Shown: in pieces, positions 36,511 through 49,905 of the stretch
Layout: each line of letters starts with the position of its first letter
Position numbering within the stretch: the stretch's first letter is position 1
Source of the DNA: Harriotta raleighana
Lineage: Eukaryota
Direction of reading: 5' to 3'
Assembly (NCBI GenBank): GCA_050575255.1
Contig: JBNZDD010013613.1
Span: 1,752,898 to 1,816,897, forward strand
DNA length: 64,000 bases
Position numbers and translations under genes: made by a program
Notes under the pieces: generated by a model
The model's database searches: none
What the model saw: the letters and a program-made list of their open reading frames with translations, nothing else
What the model was told of the DNA's origin: nothing

Positions 36511-36630
36511 CAGGGTGACCAAAAACTCTGATACAACGCCACTGCAATGTCTAATAAGTCTTAATTAAATGATAATACTATATATATATTTAGATAATAG
36601 GGTAGATATCACAACTTTTTGTCCACCCTG
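36511..36630. mobile_element. 120-bp Tc1/mariner-type MITE
   Basis: TA-CAGGGTGACCAAAAACTCTGATA ... TATCACAACTTTTTGTCCACCCTG-TA. Confidence 0.85.
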
Positions 36631-36928
36631 TACTTACACATTTTTGTTAAACAAAACATTTGTGTTAAACAATTTTTCTCCCCTCTGAGATCTATTTTTT
36701 CCTTCAATGGGTATTCAATTCTTGAGGTCAGTCCCCTCAGTCCATCTGATTTCATCCCTCCAGAATAGCCACCCTACAGTCTCAGCAATTATAGAGAATT
36801 AGAGGTTTCCCCAGACCAGCCCTCCTCAAAGTGCACCTATTTAAAGCAGAGATTTTGAATTATACATGCACAACCTTTCGCAAAGTGAGAACTCTCATCA
36901 ATTAGCCTGAAGGTGACACAAGACTCAC

Positions 36929-37155
36929 TGGCTTGTGTGTAGGAGATGTGAGTTCAAAGGGAATATTCTTTTTCTTCTTCAAGGCTCTGTACAGTGTGTT
37001 TTGGCCAACGTGTAGCAAGGGATATGGTGCTGTGTAGTCCTCAGCCACCCCCTCCTGTTGATACTGCTGTCTTTTTCGTATTACTTGCCTGGAGATCCAG
37101 TTTATGTATTTGGTACTGAGCTCAAACATTGCTCTTTGACTTTAAGCCCTGCTAA
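36929..37155 (-). CDS. putative gene exon C; frame from ATG 37129 MFELSTKYINWISRQVIRKRQQ...LTSPTHKP; in-frame TAA at 37142-37144
   Basis: ttgtgtttccaacag acceptor, CCA|gtgagt donor, phase 0 matching the 34550 acceptor. Confidence 0.55.
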
Positions 37156-38604
37156 CTGTTGGAAACACAATTCTACACTCTCACAATGACCAGCTTGAAT
37201 CCTAATGTACTGGCCACTGGGGGAATGTTTGTGCAACACTATTTTGGAGGAGATGGGCTACCGATGAGAGATTTATATCTTCAGAAGCACAAGTAAAATT
37301 TGAAGAGATGTATCTCTGCTGGGAAACAGACATAAAAAGGAGTAGAAGTATTGAAACACTGAATTAGCTGGATGGGTTGGGAAAGTGAAGCAAGTTTGTT
37401 AATCCTTTATTTTACATCTTTCATTAGGCATTTGGAAAGAAAGGCTTTTTATTGCAGTAATTACTCTTAGATGCCCATTGATGTCCACCGACATTAAAGT
37501 TTCATGGTACTGAGTTACTTTTGTTTTGTTTTTGAAGTTTCAATGAACCTTTACATCGTGTAACCCTTCTCCCACAACAACCCACACTTTCCGATATTTA
37601 TCAGGCAAAGAAAAGGGACGGATAGAGATCGAAGGCGGTAATGGAATCTCAATAGTGAGATAACACCATTGAATAATTGACCAAACGTTGCTCTTGTCCA
37701 TTAATTCTCGTGACTCCCGTTGCCTTGCACCTCCAATCGCATTGTGGGTTACCTTACATATGATGACAGTGGGAAATGTGTCGCAAACAGTGGAACATTA
37801 ATTACGTATTAAAGCAGATACCTGGTGGTTATTGAAATTGGAGGATAGTAGAGATTCTCCTAGTCTACACTTTGCTTGTGTAAGACACTACTGTGTTACT
37901 GTGTTCCAAGTTACCCTCAGTCATTGAAACATTGGCAATCGTGATAATACTTGCATTTGATATAACTTCTTTCACATCAGAAGGACCATCTTAAAACGCT
38001 TCAAATGAATTACTGAAAACTGTAACTGTAGTCGAATGTAGCAGGCGATTTGTGCACAGAATAGCCTACAAACAGCCTATTCAGAGTAAGCTGCTGTAAA
38101 GCAAGATGTATAAAATAAGGCAAAGCATTTATATGAGTAACATGTATACTGTAGAGCAATGTATGATATAAAACAGTGTANCCTATTCAGAGTAAGCTGC
38201 TGTAAAGCAAGATGTATAAAATAAGGCAAAGTATTTATATGAGTAACATGTATACTGTAGAGCAATGTGTGATATAAAACAGTGTGTGATTTAACAAGTA
38301 TATGATATGGAAAATAAACAAGATTGTGGTATAAAGCAGCAATCAATTGTGGCTTTTCCACTGCTTTCACTAAGTGGCAAATATTTTCATATGTCGTTGT
38401 AATGGGAATTCCTCTTATAAGTGCTCATCAAAAGATTTATTATGCTCGCAGCAAACAGAANCCACTGCTTTCACTAAGTGGCAAATATTTTCATATGTCG
38501 TTGTAATGGGATTTCCTCTTATAAGTGCTCATCAAAAGATTTATTATGCTCGCAGCAAACAGAACAGAATACAACTTTCCCCCATCCCACTCCCCCTCTC
38601 TCAC

Positions 38605-38683
38605 CTCTTCGAATGTGATAATGTGATGGATAGCAATCTGTGATAAAACATAGTCTGGACCATGAGATCATACCAGGCTTATA
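38605..38683 (-). CDS. putative gene exon B (phase 0-1), YKPGMISWSRLCFITDCYPSHYHIRR
   Basis: gctgtatttctctcaacag acceptor, GAG|gtgaga donor; only phase 0 is open. Confidence 0.45.
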
Positions 38684-39269
38684 CTGTTGAGAGAAATACA
38701 GCAAATGCTGAAAAGCACTTTTGTTCTCATTGATTAAGTTAGTTTCAAGACTTCCATCATTGTCTCAAAGCACAGTCAATGAATTTGTAGGCAACACACA
38801 GGCTGTCTGCTCTTCCCCACTCATCTGAAAACAATTCCTAGCTTTCATCCACACAATAGCCACCTTTCATGATCACACGAGGTCTGCCAGAGATATCACA
38901 AATTCAGAAGAGGCCTGACTCCTTCTAGGAAAACATGAGGAGATTAGATCTTCCACTGGAATATCTGCAGAGGAAGAATTCACAACAAGTAATGCTCATA
39001 TCAAAGAATCGCATACATGCTGGGCTGCATCCAGACATCTTAACCTTTAGAGCTGGGTTCTGTGATACCATTAGTTAAATGTCATGTTACAGCTCTCGTT
39101 GTTGAACTCATATCTTTCCTAACATTGCAAGATGACCCAGGAATCAATGTAAATGCATTGCGCATAATATTTGGTGCAGAATGTACAGAACTGAACCAAG
39201 TTACGTTCCATTCACACTTCGGGCCTGAAATGCCACTCACTCTCAGCAAACTTGCAAGATCCTTTTGTC

Positions 39270-39420
39270 TTAAAATTTAATATTGCTCAGGATTGGGAAA
39301 CATTCTTAATTCAGGCCCAACTCGGAAGTCCCTTTTCCTCAGTTCTCAAAAATAAATCGCCTTCCAAATTAAGACTGAATGTGAGAATTTCACACAGTTC
39401 AGCATTTTAAATTTCTAGAC
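39270..39420. mobile_element. palindromic MITE-like element
   Basis: TTAAAATTTAATATTGCTCAG...AAATTAAGACTGAATGTGAGAATTT resembles 10779-10925. Confidence 0.5.
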
Positions 39421-39431
39421 AAAATGATCTG

Positions 39432-39690
39432 AAACAACAACAAGTTGCATTTATATCGCACCCTCCACGTCGGGCGGCGTCTCAAAGTGNAACAAGTTGC
39501 ATTTATATCGCACCCTCCATGTCGGGCGGCGTCTCAAAGTGCTTCACAGTGACGGAGCCCACGGTCGAGCTCGGGGTAGGGGGTAAGGTGGGAAAAGAGG
39601 GGGTGAGGGGAAGAGGTTGAGGGAGGGAATTCCAAAGTTTGGGGGCATAGTGGCTAGAAGCACAGCCACACATGGTAGATTGGAGGAAAA
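39432..39690 (-). mobile_element. L2 3' fragment (tail duplicated across N at 39490)
   Basis: (CAA)n tail, CCCTCCACGTCGGGCGGCGTCTCAAAGTG, GGAATTCCAAAG...TAGTGGCTAGAAGCAC. Confidence 0.85.
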
Positions 39691-40056
39691 ATGCTAAAAC
39701 CAGGTTGAATATCAGCCTCCAGGGTTCTGATCATTCTTTGTCTCTTTCGTCGCTGCACGAACAAAAAACATTACAGCAAAATGGATTCCATGCTATTTTA
39801 TATCAAAACTCTTGGGATTTTTTTTCTGGATGACAAAGAATGTGTAGATTCTGATCATATGTTGACAATGAATTATAGACAGCTGAAATCGAGTCATGCA
39901 TTATCTGGAGAGATGATTGGTTTTTGAGTGACAAGCAAATATTTGTTGAAGTGCAAGCTTTCCCTTTTACAGTGCACGTGATTGTATATTGCAACTCCAT
40001 GTAAAATATTTCTAAACTTTATCTCTGCAAAAAAAAATTAAGACAAGTAACAGTAC

Positions 40057-40431
40057 ATGGTTCACGACACGTTGCTCAATTTCCTTTTCTGTTGGTTGAG
40101 GAAGTTTTTGTTTAATGATCTGGGGAACGTGCGTAGTGCAGTGTACTGAGCTGTCCTCTGGAAAGAGTAACAACACTGGTCTGATTTGCGCTCCACCAGG
40201 GTTCATAAGTGTCCCGAAAGGGTTAGCTGAAGGCTGAGCGCTTTGTGCTCCAGTACAATTGACAAGTCCTCTGATCGTGTCACCTGAACTCTGGTTGCTG
40301 TGTCCTCTAGTACTATCGACAAGTGAAGGATTGGGCGTAGTCTCTGGTTGATTTCTAGTCATCCACTGCACCCAGCCATCAATCCATCGATCAATTCCAT
40401 CAGGTTAAATACCGCTTAGTTTCCAGTGAAG
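40057..40431 (-). CDS. putative gene exon A; ATG at 40362, MTRNQPETTPNP...KLPQPTEKEIEQRVVNH
   Basis: gattttcag acceptor, 102 open codons in unique sequence, weak donor CAT|gtactg (phase 0). Confidence 0.4.
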
Positions 40432-41517
40432 CTGAAAATCTGTGACTGAATGTCATCAGTGCAAGAGGATTTCTCCCACCTCCTCACTATTCTAAGCACT
40501 GTAGTACTGTACACCTTAATACTGTAATCACAATCCTTCACACAAATGGTCAGTCAACTTTCCCCAAATAGTTTTCCGTCTCTGGTCCGAAAAATATGTG
40601 ACTGAGAACATGTCTGAATGTATGCTTTAGTCGCTATTTTGTCTTGCTATAAAACAAGTGATGTGCATAACTGCTATCACGTTGATTGATTGATTTCCTT
40701 GATGTATTTCTGACCCCGCCGATGCTTTTAATTTTTCGGTCTATAAGTTACATTCTCTTAAACCCAATCACCATTTACTCTATTAAACTGATATGTTGGT
40801 TTCTGTGACTGCCTGCATGGTAAGTTTGTGTATGTGAGCAGATTTGCAAGACAATATTACAGCTTAGTGTGCTCCACATATGACTATCCTACGCATTAGG
40901 GTTTGGGATTACAGGGTTAACAGAGGCTGAGTGGGAACTGAATGCCAATAAAAGGGTAGGCCAGGGCCCACATCAGTTGGAGCGTCTGAGCCTGGTCTTA
41001 ACCCAAGCTCAGTAACACTCCATGATAATGAGAATTAATTGCAGTGCTGAGAGGTCTATGATTCTGAATGTCATAATCTGACCTTCAGAAACCTTTGTGG
41101 CTAATTAAAATATAAATGAAATGCTCAGGTTTTATCAATGCTCCACCACACACTGTGACTTACGCTACTCCCTACATTTTATGGCTGTGACCTTTCATAC
41201 AACGTCTCTAATAAGAAGTCCATATCCTTAACTTAATCCTTTTAACTATTTATTAAAAATATGTTATTAATATATCTGCAGAGTGCACATTTGAAAGTTA
41301 ATGCAGAAGCAGACACTGCTTAAAAGTTACTACCGACTGAACAGGGCAGCGCAGATAATCAAACACAACCCTATAAAACTGAGGCCTGCGTTATAAATAA
41401 ACACTCGAGCATCACAAGATGATGAAAGGCACAGCGAGGTTGGCAATGCCCTGATTCCAAAGAATATAATTTCCCTTCTTTCCCAACAGTCAGTTTTTCT
41501 GAACATATACAGCACTG

Positions 41518-41549
41518 CTAACCCTAACCTGTAACTCTAACCCTAACCT
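41518..41549. repeat. short degenerate (CCCTAA) telomere-like repeat
   Basis: ctaaccctaacctgtaactctaaccctaacct. Confidence 0.6.
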
Positions 41550-41730
41550 GTGCTGCTAACTAATGAATCACAGCCTGTAAACAGTGATGGGAGGTTGTAA
41601 ATCTCACATTCAGGTGGGGTAAGAACCCACATTCTAACCTTGTTAAAGTGCACAACGGGGGCCCTTCATTTACTCAACCACATTCAGTCCCCAATAATAT
41701 CCAAATCCTAGACCCAGCCTATCAGAGGAA

Positions 41731-42170
41731 GAGTCTTGTAGCTCAGTGGTTAGAGCACTCGCCTGACAAGCGTGAGATCTGTGTTCAAATCCAGGCAGGT
41801 CAGGGTGACAGCTTGGACAAGTTTCCTTATGCCACATACTTAATAATAATCCCTCCAAAAAATAATAATAAAACTGGCCATTTCAAGCCAGNCGTGAGAT
41901 CTGTGTTCAAATCCAGGCAGGTCAGGGTGACAGCTTGGACAAATTTCCTTATGCCACATACTTAATAATAATCCCTCCAAAAAAAAATAATAATAAAACT
42001 GGCCATTTCAAGCCACGACTGTGTGTATGGGGGACGCTGCTGTGCGCAATTGGCTGCCGCGTTTCGCCCACCAATATACAGTCAATTCACTTTACAGTGT
42101 ATTCTGTGAAGCGCTTTGAGGCGTCCAGAAGACGTGAAAAGCGCTTTATCAAATGCAAGGACTGTTCTAA
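41731..42170 (+). mobile_element. young Deu-domain SINE (middle duplicated across N at 41892)
   Basis: GTAGCTCAGTGGTTAGAGCACTCGCC head, CpG-retaining core GCGCAATTGGCTGCCGCGTTTCGCCC, tail. Confidence 0.95.
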
Positions 42171-42367
42171 TATTATTATTAATCACCAGCTGTACCAGTT
42201 GCAGCTGTGCTTGCAATCAGTTTCATTTCATCAGCCTTCTCTCTGGCATTTTTATTTGTCCTTGAAAAGCTTGAAGATCACTTTTAGGCGTCTTTATCCC
42301 TTAAGAATAAGAAAATGCACTCTTGAACTTGATAGGAACTTGTATTGACATGTTGTTTTGTTGGTAG

Positions 42368-42453
42368 CACTCAGTGAGGAGACTCAGTGAGAGGACTCCT
42401 GTTGGGAGGACTCCTGGGGAAGAACTGGTTGGGAGGAATCCTATTGGTGGGAC
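42368..42453. repeat. degenerate short tandem repeat, unit about 12-15 bp
   Basis: Recurrent GAGGACTCCTGTTGG-like units. Confidence 0.6.
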
Positions 42454-42744
42454 AAGTATAGTCAGACATTTTGTCTTTATTAGTGTAAATGTATCTCTCT
42501 AGAAGGGTGCGTCACTTCTGTCACTTAATTAAATCATTTTAAAATAGATTTTTTAATATAGCTCATCAACAATGGGAGATCCCCGAAAACAAATAAGACC
42601 ATGCGTCCCTCCCCCTCTCCCCGCCATCCATGCAAGACCTTTCTGATGTGGTGTAAATCATGTCTCTATATCTATCGAATATCACTTTCTCGGTGGACAC
42701 ATAGACACACACACAGACATTTGATTTTATTAGTATAATAATAA

Positions 42745-43072
42745 TCATAGAATTTTACGGCACAAAAGGAGGCCATTCGGCCCATCTAGTCTGTGGCTCT
42801 TTGAAAAGAGCAACTCAATCCCACTGCCCAGCTTTCTCCCCATAACCTAACAGACCCCTTCTCCCTAAATAAAGATCTAATTCTCTTTCAAAAGCTGTTA
42901 TCAAATCGGCCTCCACCACCTTTTCAGGCAATGCATTCCAGATTCGAACAACCCGCTGAGTGAAAATATTTCTCCTCAGTTCCCCTCTGCTTCGTTTTGA
43001 AACTATTTTAAATCTGTGACCACGAGTCACTGATTCACCCACCATGTCGAATCCCCTCATGATTTTATAAAT
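42745..43072 (-). mobile_element. young CR1 LINE 3' fragment
   Basis: TRGHRFKI...RRNIFTQRVVRIWNALPEKVVEA...ELDLYL and CR1 3' UTR. Confidence 0.95.
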
Positions 43073-43359
43073 CCTTGCATTTGATCTAGCGCCTAATCAT
43101 ATCATTGAGATTTCTCAAGGCATTTCACAGAATATATTGCAAAGTGGATTGACTCTGCATTTTGAGGGCAAAATAAAGGAACAAAGAAAAGGACTGTATG
43201 AACTGGACCAATGAGCTGCCCATTGCTGAGAAAATGCTGCAACATTCACCTAGAAAGTACAAAGTCACCATTCTCTTTGCAGTATATCCTGTGAAGCACT
43301 TCGAGATGTCCTCACAGTGGGAAAAGCACTAAATAAAATATAAGGATTAGTTACTATCA

Positions 43360-43788
43360 CTTTCAAGGCCATTCACGGCCTTGCCCCCGCCTATCTCTCT
43401 GACCTGCTGTCTCCCTATCAGCCTGCCCGCACCCTCCGTTCAGCAGCCTCAGGCCTGCTCCGCGTCCACCGCCCTAACCCTCCAACCATCGGTGGCCGGG
43501 CTTTCAGCCTCTCTGCCCCCACACTCTGGAACTCCATCCCACAGCCCCTCCGCCTTGCTTCCTCCCTTTCCTCCTTCAAGGCAGGTTTCAAGACGTTCCT
43601 CTTCAACCGTGCCTTTGGCTCCCCCCCTGACTCTTCCCCCTCTCCTACTCTCCTTCCTCCTCCCCCTACCCTGACCCTCCCATCCCGCCCTGCTCAGGTC
43701 CCGGCCTGATTGTTCAGCGCCTTGGGACGTCCTCCCAAAGTGAAAGGCACTATATAAATGTAATTTTGTTGGTGTTGTTGTTGTTGTA
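43360..43788 (+). mobile_element. young L2 LINE 3' fragment
   Basis: Closely matches 22345-22700; (TTG)n tail. Confidence 0.95.
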
Positions 43789-46700
43789 TAACTCACGATC
43801 ATGGTCAAGTCACAGAGAGGTAGGCTGCAGGCTCATACCCTAGGGTTTCTTCACAGAAATTGGCATTGACATTCATCCTTACGCTCTCTTCCACACATCA
43901 AAGAGATTGGAGGATCAAAATACCTATGATTTTAGACCTAAAACCACTGCCTTAAAATATAAGATCAGATAGAACTCTAGGAGATCTTTTATTTCAGTCT
44001 CAATTTGCAATCACGCATTCTGAACTAAGCTACGAATCATATTTTACAAAAATTAAGAGAGGAGAAAATTTGAGACCTGAAATGCCTCACACAAACTTTC
44101 AATAGATTGGTGAAAAGTCAGCTTCCGAGTTGAGATTGAATTGAAGAATTTTCCAAAATGCCACCCAATAAAGTAAGATCATTAAATCCATGAGGATCGT
44201 TAAGGCTCAAACTACAGCTCAAGGGTTGAACTATCACAGGCTGAGGGGCAGGTTGTAATTTTGCTCAAATGACACCTGGTAGATCAGACAAGGCAACATG
44301 AACAACGGGGGAAAATATCCACAGATGAAAATAGTCTTTAATATTTCGTCCACAAAGTATTTACACAGTCAATTCACATGACAGTACATCCTTTGAGATG
44401 TCTCGACACCATGATCAGGCGATAATATCACACGCAAGGATTATAAAACAAAAAAGGCCGCAACCTCCAAAAAGGTATGAAATGTCTCACTGACAGAGTT
44501 GAAGGGAGGTACAGTATTTGAACACCCTGAGTTAGGTATTCGGACTGTTCCATAGAGTCACATTTCCTGTCTGGTAGGAAATGCACTTCCTGCAGTATGA
44601 TTGCGTTGAGATGTAATTATTGTATTCAGTGCCAGGGTTCTGGTCCATTGGGAATATGTTTGCCTACACGTACCTCCCAAATTTTCCCCTTTGCTTAATT
44701 TTTTGCAAACATGATTCATATCTTAGATCACAATGCTTGCATTCTTGGGATTGAGTTCTAAAGATTTTATATTATAGTTTTTCCAACGTCTAACAATCAG
44801 AAAGAGTTTATACTCCCCAAATTACTAACTATTCTGCACGGGGTAATAATCCCTCCAAAAATAACAATAGTGATACAGTAATACAGTCACTCAATCCATG
44901 ACTGTTTATGGAACAAGGCGGCTGCTGTATTTCACCCACAAAATACACAGTCATTAAAAATTACAATATACTCTNACACAGTCATTAAAAATTACAATAC
45001 ATTCTGTGAAGCGCTTTGATATGTCTCAACAATATGAAAAGGTGCCATATCAAACGGAAGGATGACTTATTTTCAGCATGATTTCACTATTCGATCAGGA
45101 ATACAAAATTGNTGTGAAGCGCTTTGATATGTCTCAACAATATGAAAAGGTGCCATATCAAATGGAAGGATGACTTATTTTCAGCATAATTTCACTATTC
45201 GATCAGGAATGCAAAATTGTNTTGTTTACTTCTTGGCTGTTTGTGGTCCATTGCTGTGCATCGATTGGATTGTGTTCGCCTACAAATACTCAGTCACTAC
45301 ACTTCATCATAAAAAGCCTATGCAGTGTTTTTGTGACATGGTTCACGAGGTATGTCACCCCAATAGCAAATCACTCAGAAACAGATCATTCCCAAATTAT
45401 TCTGATTTGCATTGATATCTTTGGAGTAGGAAGAAATAGAGTGGGTGGGGGGGGGGGGGCATATTAGCTAGGGTGTCCACTCTTCATATTACTCTTCAGT
45501 GACTTCTGCCCCACTTCTGACGAAGGCGGTGTTTAGACTTCAAACAAGGATTATGTTCCCTTCAATCAAATGACCTACCTGTCAGCCCTCAAACCCTACT
45601 CCAGCCAGAGTCAGAACCTTCAGAGAAGTTGCGGGAAAACATTGAGGTTAGAGGCCCAATGAAAGCAAAGAAGTAAGAAACTTCTGCTTTCCCTCAAACC
45701 TGGTAGACATGAATGACCTGGTTTAAACATGGAGGTTTCTGAGGGAAATTGGATTTTTCCCAAACAAATTGTCGATGTGATAAAGAGCCAACATAAGCAG
45801 GGCAGAGGCAGAATGGCAGCTGCCCTCCGAACAGGATGTTGTAATATGTTACAGAGTCTACAAGCAATAAAACAGGTACTCTATGTGACTTAAAATACAC
45901 ACTGCTGCATGCAACAGGAAATCACTCTGTCTGGATTCATTAACATTTCACACAGGAGAATGGGAACAAATTAAGAGTCAGTATCTGGAGCCGAGACATT
46001 TCCAGTCCTACTCAGACCCGGTTTGTTTCGTTATTTTCATTAAAATCGCAGCAATAAATAGAAATTGAAGCCATTTATAGGTTTATGCACTTAACGTTTA
46101 AACGCTCTTGCGTTCCGTTATAAAAATGCTTGGCGTCTGCATTGATCCAGTGTGACTGCCACTCCCTGCCAGATGCAGCGTATTATTCCAGCATCTGGAA
46201 GATCAGGAGCTGAATACCATTCCACCAAAGATAAAAGGGTCACAGGACCCTTGTGGGGGGGGTTCTGCTGTGTTCAAAATGGCTGCCACATTTGCCTATG
46301 AAAGCAATTTGCTGCACCTGACAGTGATTACTGTGAAGTGATTTGAAACGCTTCATCATTATTAGCGCCATTAAGAATGCCAGGAGTTTTGTAATATTAT
46401 TTGAAAACTTGCCAATTCGTCTTCAGAACCAGAAATCAGAATTTTGATTTTCGGGAAAAAAAATCTCGAGTAAAAGCATGAGGCAACGTTTCAGCCCATC
46501 GAGCCTGTTCCGCCAGTCTATTATAATAATAATGATAATAATAATCCTTGCATTTGATATAGCACTTATCTTATCGACGCCCCAAAGAGCTTCACAGAAT
46601 ATACTGTAAAGTGAATTGACTGTATATTTGTGGGCGGAATGTTTCTATTAGTTTCTTAGTATAGTAGATCTTTTAATCCCAATGTCACATCCTTTCATCC

Positions 46701-47689
46701 TAACCATTACTATGTCGACTGCCCAAGTAACTGTCTCTCTTTTTAACATCTCTATTGATTCTATCTGTCTAGCTTTTAGGGCAGAGGATCCATATCTTCC
46801 CAATGCTCTGTAGGAGCCATGCTCTAACAGTGATGGTTCTGATATTAAGTCTTGGGATTTCTTTCCAGTATTTTATTTAAATACCTCAATCATCAGGTAA
46901 AACATAATTTTCCCAGCCTTAATTTTTAAAGAGCTGTTCCAATCACCTTGTGGGAGTTTATAATTGTTATCCCAATATTACCTGAGCAAAAACCACTAAT
47001 GTTGAATATCAATCAACTTTGCCTTTGTTCCTTTCATTGGATTATAAATCTTATTCAGATCATTTGCTGTGATCTGCAGGATTACACTGCGATATTTCCG
47101 CAAGTGGTATACCAGCGTTTTACTGACTGCCTGTCTCTGAGGCATTTGAACAGAAACCTCAGGCATTAAGGTAGAAAAGGAAATAAAGAAACAGACAAGG
47201 ATTCGGCTCGAAGCATTGACTAGGCACAAAATATGTGGTGAGAAATTGTAAGACAAAAAATGTCCTACAAGGGATCTATTTCTAGCTGGCATCTGGAATA
47301 CATAGTAAATGACTTCAACCACTAATTGTTGACATAAAAACAGTGAGAATTGAACTCCTCACTGCTTGTAAACTCACATGTATAATGTCAGCAATTTGTG
47401 GTAACGAGGATTAACGTGAAAAGGGGAAAAACAATCCTGAAATCTTTATTCACAACCCATTAAAATGTGGGCAGTGGCAGTGTCTTTATTCTGCTGACTA
47501 TATCCTTCCACAACACACATCACAACATGCACGCAATGGGGCACACACAATCATGTATATACACACTACATGAACATAAGCAAACACACAGTCATACTCA
47601 TGTATGCATATAAACATACAAAAACGGAAACAAACAAATGTATGCACATGCTCATGACAGGCTGTATGCCTTTTCTGTCTCAAAGATTA

Positions 47690-48050
47690 TTTGTAAAGTT
47701 GATTTTGTAGTTGTGTTTTGTAGGTGAAGTACGGCAGCCAGTTGCGCTCAGCAATGTCCCAAAAATAGCTATGGAGTGAGTGACCAGTTATATTTGAGGG
47801 ATTGTTGCCCAAGACACAGGAAAACCCCCCTATTTGAACAGTGCCCTGGGATCTTTAACATCCAAATGAACAGGAACATGGATCTTCAGTTTAAAGTCTC
47901 AACCAAAGTCTCCCAACAATGCGACGACCCCCCCAACACAGCATCAGCTGAGACAATGTGGTTCCAACCCCCGACATTGGGCTCAAACCAACAACCTTCT
48001 GACTCAGAGGCGAGAGCGCTATGTGCCAGAGTGACACATGGTGACACAGG
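47690..48050 (-). mobile_element. SacSINE1-like SINE
   Basis: CAACCTTCTGACTCAGAGGCGAGAGCGCTA (reverse head), GGGATCTTTAACATCC. Confidence 0.8.
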
Positions 48051-48387
48051 CTAACTATTCATTCAAATCCCACATACCATTAGGATCAAAGTGGAGCAGG
48101 AAATGGTGGTGAATTCTGTGGGGCTACATTTCAAAGCTTCGAGCAGTGACACATTGTACATGTAGTGTACAGTATTAAGCTGTTAAATCAAACTATGTGT
48201 CCTCATTTGCTCTTGATGAGTAAAAAGGCAGGATATATCAAGTATCAAGCCTTTAATGTATGCTTTGTATATAGCCTATATACAGTATATTAAATAGTGG
48301 GTCTCTTCAACTTTTCTGCCTGTTGGTCACCATGAGGTCTATCGTTGAAGAAGCCCAGTCTTTGTTAAACGTTCAGAACCTGTTTGA

Positions 48388-48972
48388 TAATAATAATAAT
48401 CCTTACATTCGATATAGCACTTTTCAAATCTTCTAGACGTCTCAAAGTGCTTCACAGAACAGACTGTGTATATTTGTGGGCAGCCAATTGTGCACAGCAG
48501 AGATCCATAAACAGTCATGGGTTGAAATGACCAATTTATTGTTGTTTAATTTCAGGGATTATTGTTATTAGGCCGACAGAGTAAGGAAACCTGCCCAAGG
48601 CCTTAACCCTGCTGATCTCTGTGTGTTTTCAATGGGACTCAAGATCCTAGTAGTGAAAGTGAGGATGTTAGTNTGTTATTAGGCCGACAGAGTAAGGAAA
48701 CCTGCCCAAGGCCTTAACCCTGCCCGGATTCGAACACAGATTAACACAGGCTAACACACCAGTGAGTGCTGGGAGAACACTGCATTATTCGAGGTGCTGT
48801 TGTTCAGATGTGATGTTAAACCAAGGTCTTATTTCCCTGTTCAGATGGCCATTAAAGATCCCACAGCACTATTACACAAGAGAGTTTCTCTCTGTACCCT
48901 GGCCAAGAGGATTTGAACACAGGTCTCACACTTGTAAGGCGAGTGCTCTAACCACTGAGCTACAGGACTCCC
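48388..48972 (-). mobile_element. Deu-domain SINE pieces plus a SacSINE1-like fragment (48765-48905, +)
   Basis: Tail and core 48388-48560, head CTCTAACCACTGAGCTACAGGACTCC near 48946-48971. Confidence 0.8.
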
Positions 48973-49471
48973 CCTGATATTATTTTATGGGGGAAGCTCA
49001 TCCGCGTAAGAAGAAATATATGGACATTTGAGTCAGAGAAACATTGCTAGCAGGAATTCTCTTGTATTTATACCATGGTTTAGGCTGATCTCTGTGTGTT
49101 TTCAATGGGACTCAAGATCCTAGTAGTGAAAGTGAGGATGTTAGTCAATATCAAATGCAAGGATTATTATTATTATTTACAGTATATTCTGTGAAGCGCT
49201 TTGAGAGTTCTTTCCAACATGAAGAGTGCTATGTCAACCACAAGGTTCATTTTATTTAACTACAAAGCACCAAGAGTAAAAAATGTCATGTTTTCAGGAC
49301 TGCTAATACTGTTTTATGGAGTACATAAATCAACAGATTCTCCACCTTGTTGTTCAAGAGACTTCACTGAGCTAAACCCTGGAAAAATCACTCCTCTTCA
49401 TTGCAAGGAAGATCTTCCTTGAACCCTGCTCTTACCCAAGGTGAGACCATTCAAATGGAAATATTTTGATT

Positions 49472-49905
49472 CAACAACCACAACAACAAAATTACATATA
49501 GGGTGGGGGGAAGGGGCAGAGAGAGTTAGGAGGAGAGGAAGAGAGTTGGGAGGGCAGCAGAAAGCATGATCGAAGAGGAGGGTCTTCAGACCGGCCTTGA
49601 AGGAGACAAGGGAGGGAGCGAGGTGAAGGGACTGTGGGATGGAGTTCCAGAGTGTGGGGGTGGAGAGGCTGAAAGCCCATCTGCCGATGGTAGGGTGGGT
49701 AGGGCGGGGGACGTGGAGCAGGCTGGAGCCCGCAGAATGGAGTGGGTGGGGAGGTTCATAGAGGAACAGCAGGTCAGAGAGATAGGCGGGGTCAAGGCCG
49801 GGAATGGCCTTGAAAGTAAGGATGAGGATCTTCAATTGGATCCTCTGGGGGATGGGGAGCTAATGGAGCCAGGGGAGAGTGGGAGTGATGTGGACCTTGG
49901 TGAGG
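49472..49905 (-). mobile_element. L2 LINE 3' fragment
   Basis: KILILTFKAIPGLDPAYLSDLL...LWNSIPQSL...LKTLLF. Confidence 0.95.

Noticed and set aside
36929-38683. Assignment to FAM216B or CCDC198
   Set aside because: Only a few scattered residues match from memory; not enough to name the gene
41735-41800. tRNA gene
   Set aside because: A/B-box-like head runs straight into the SINE body and recurs many times; no complete cloverleaf
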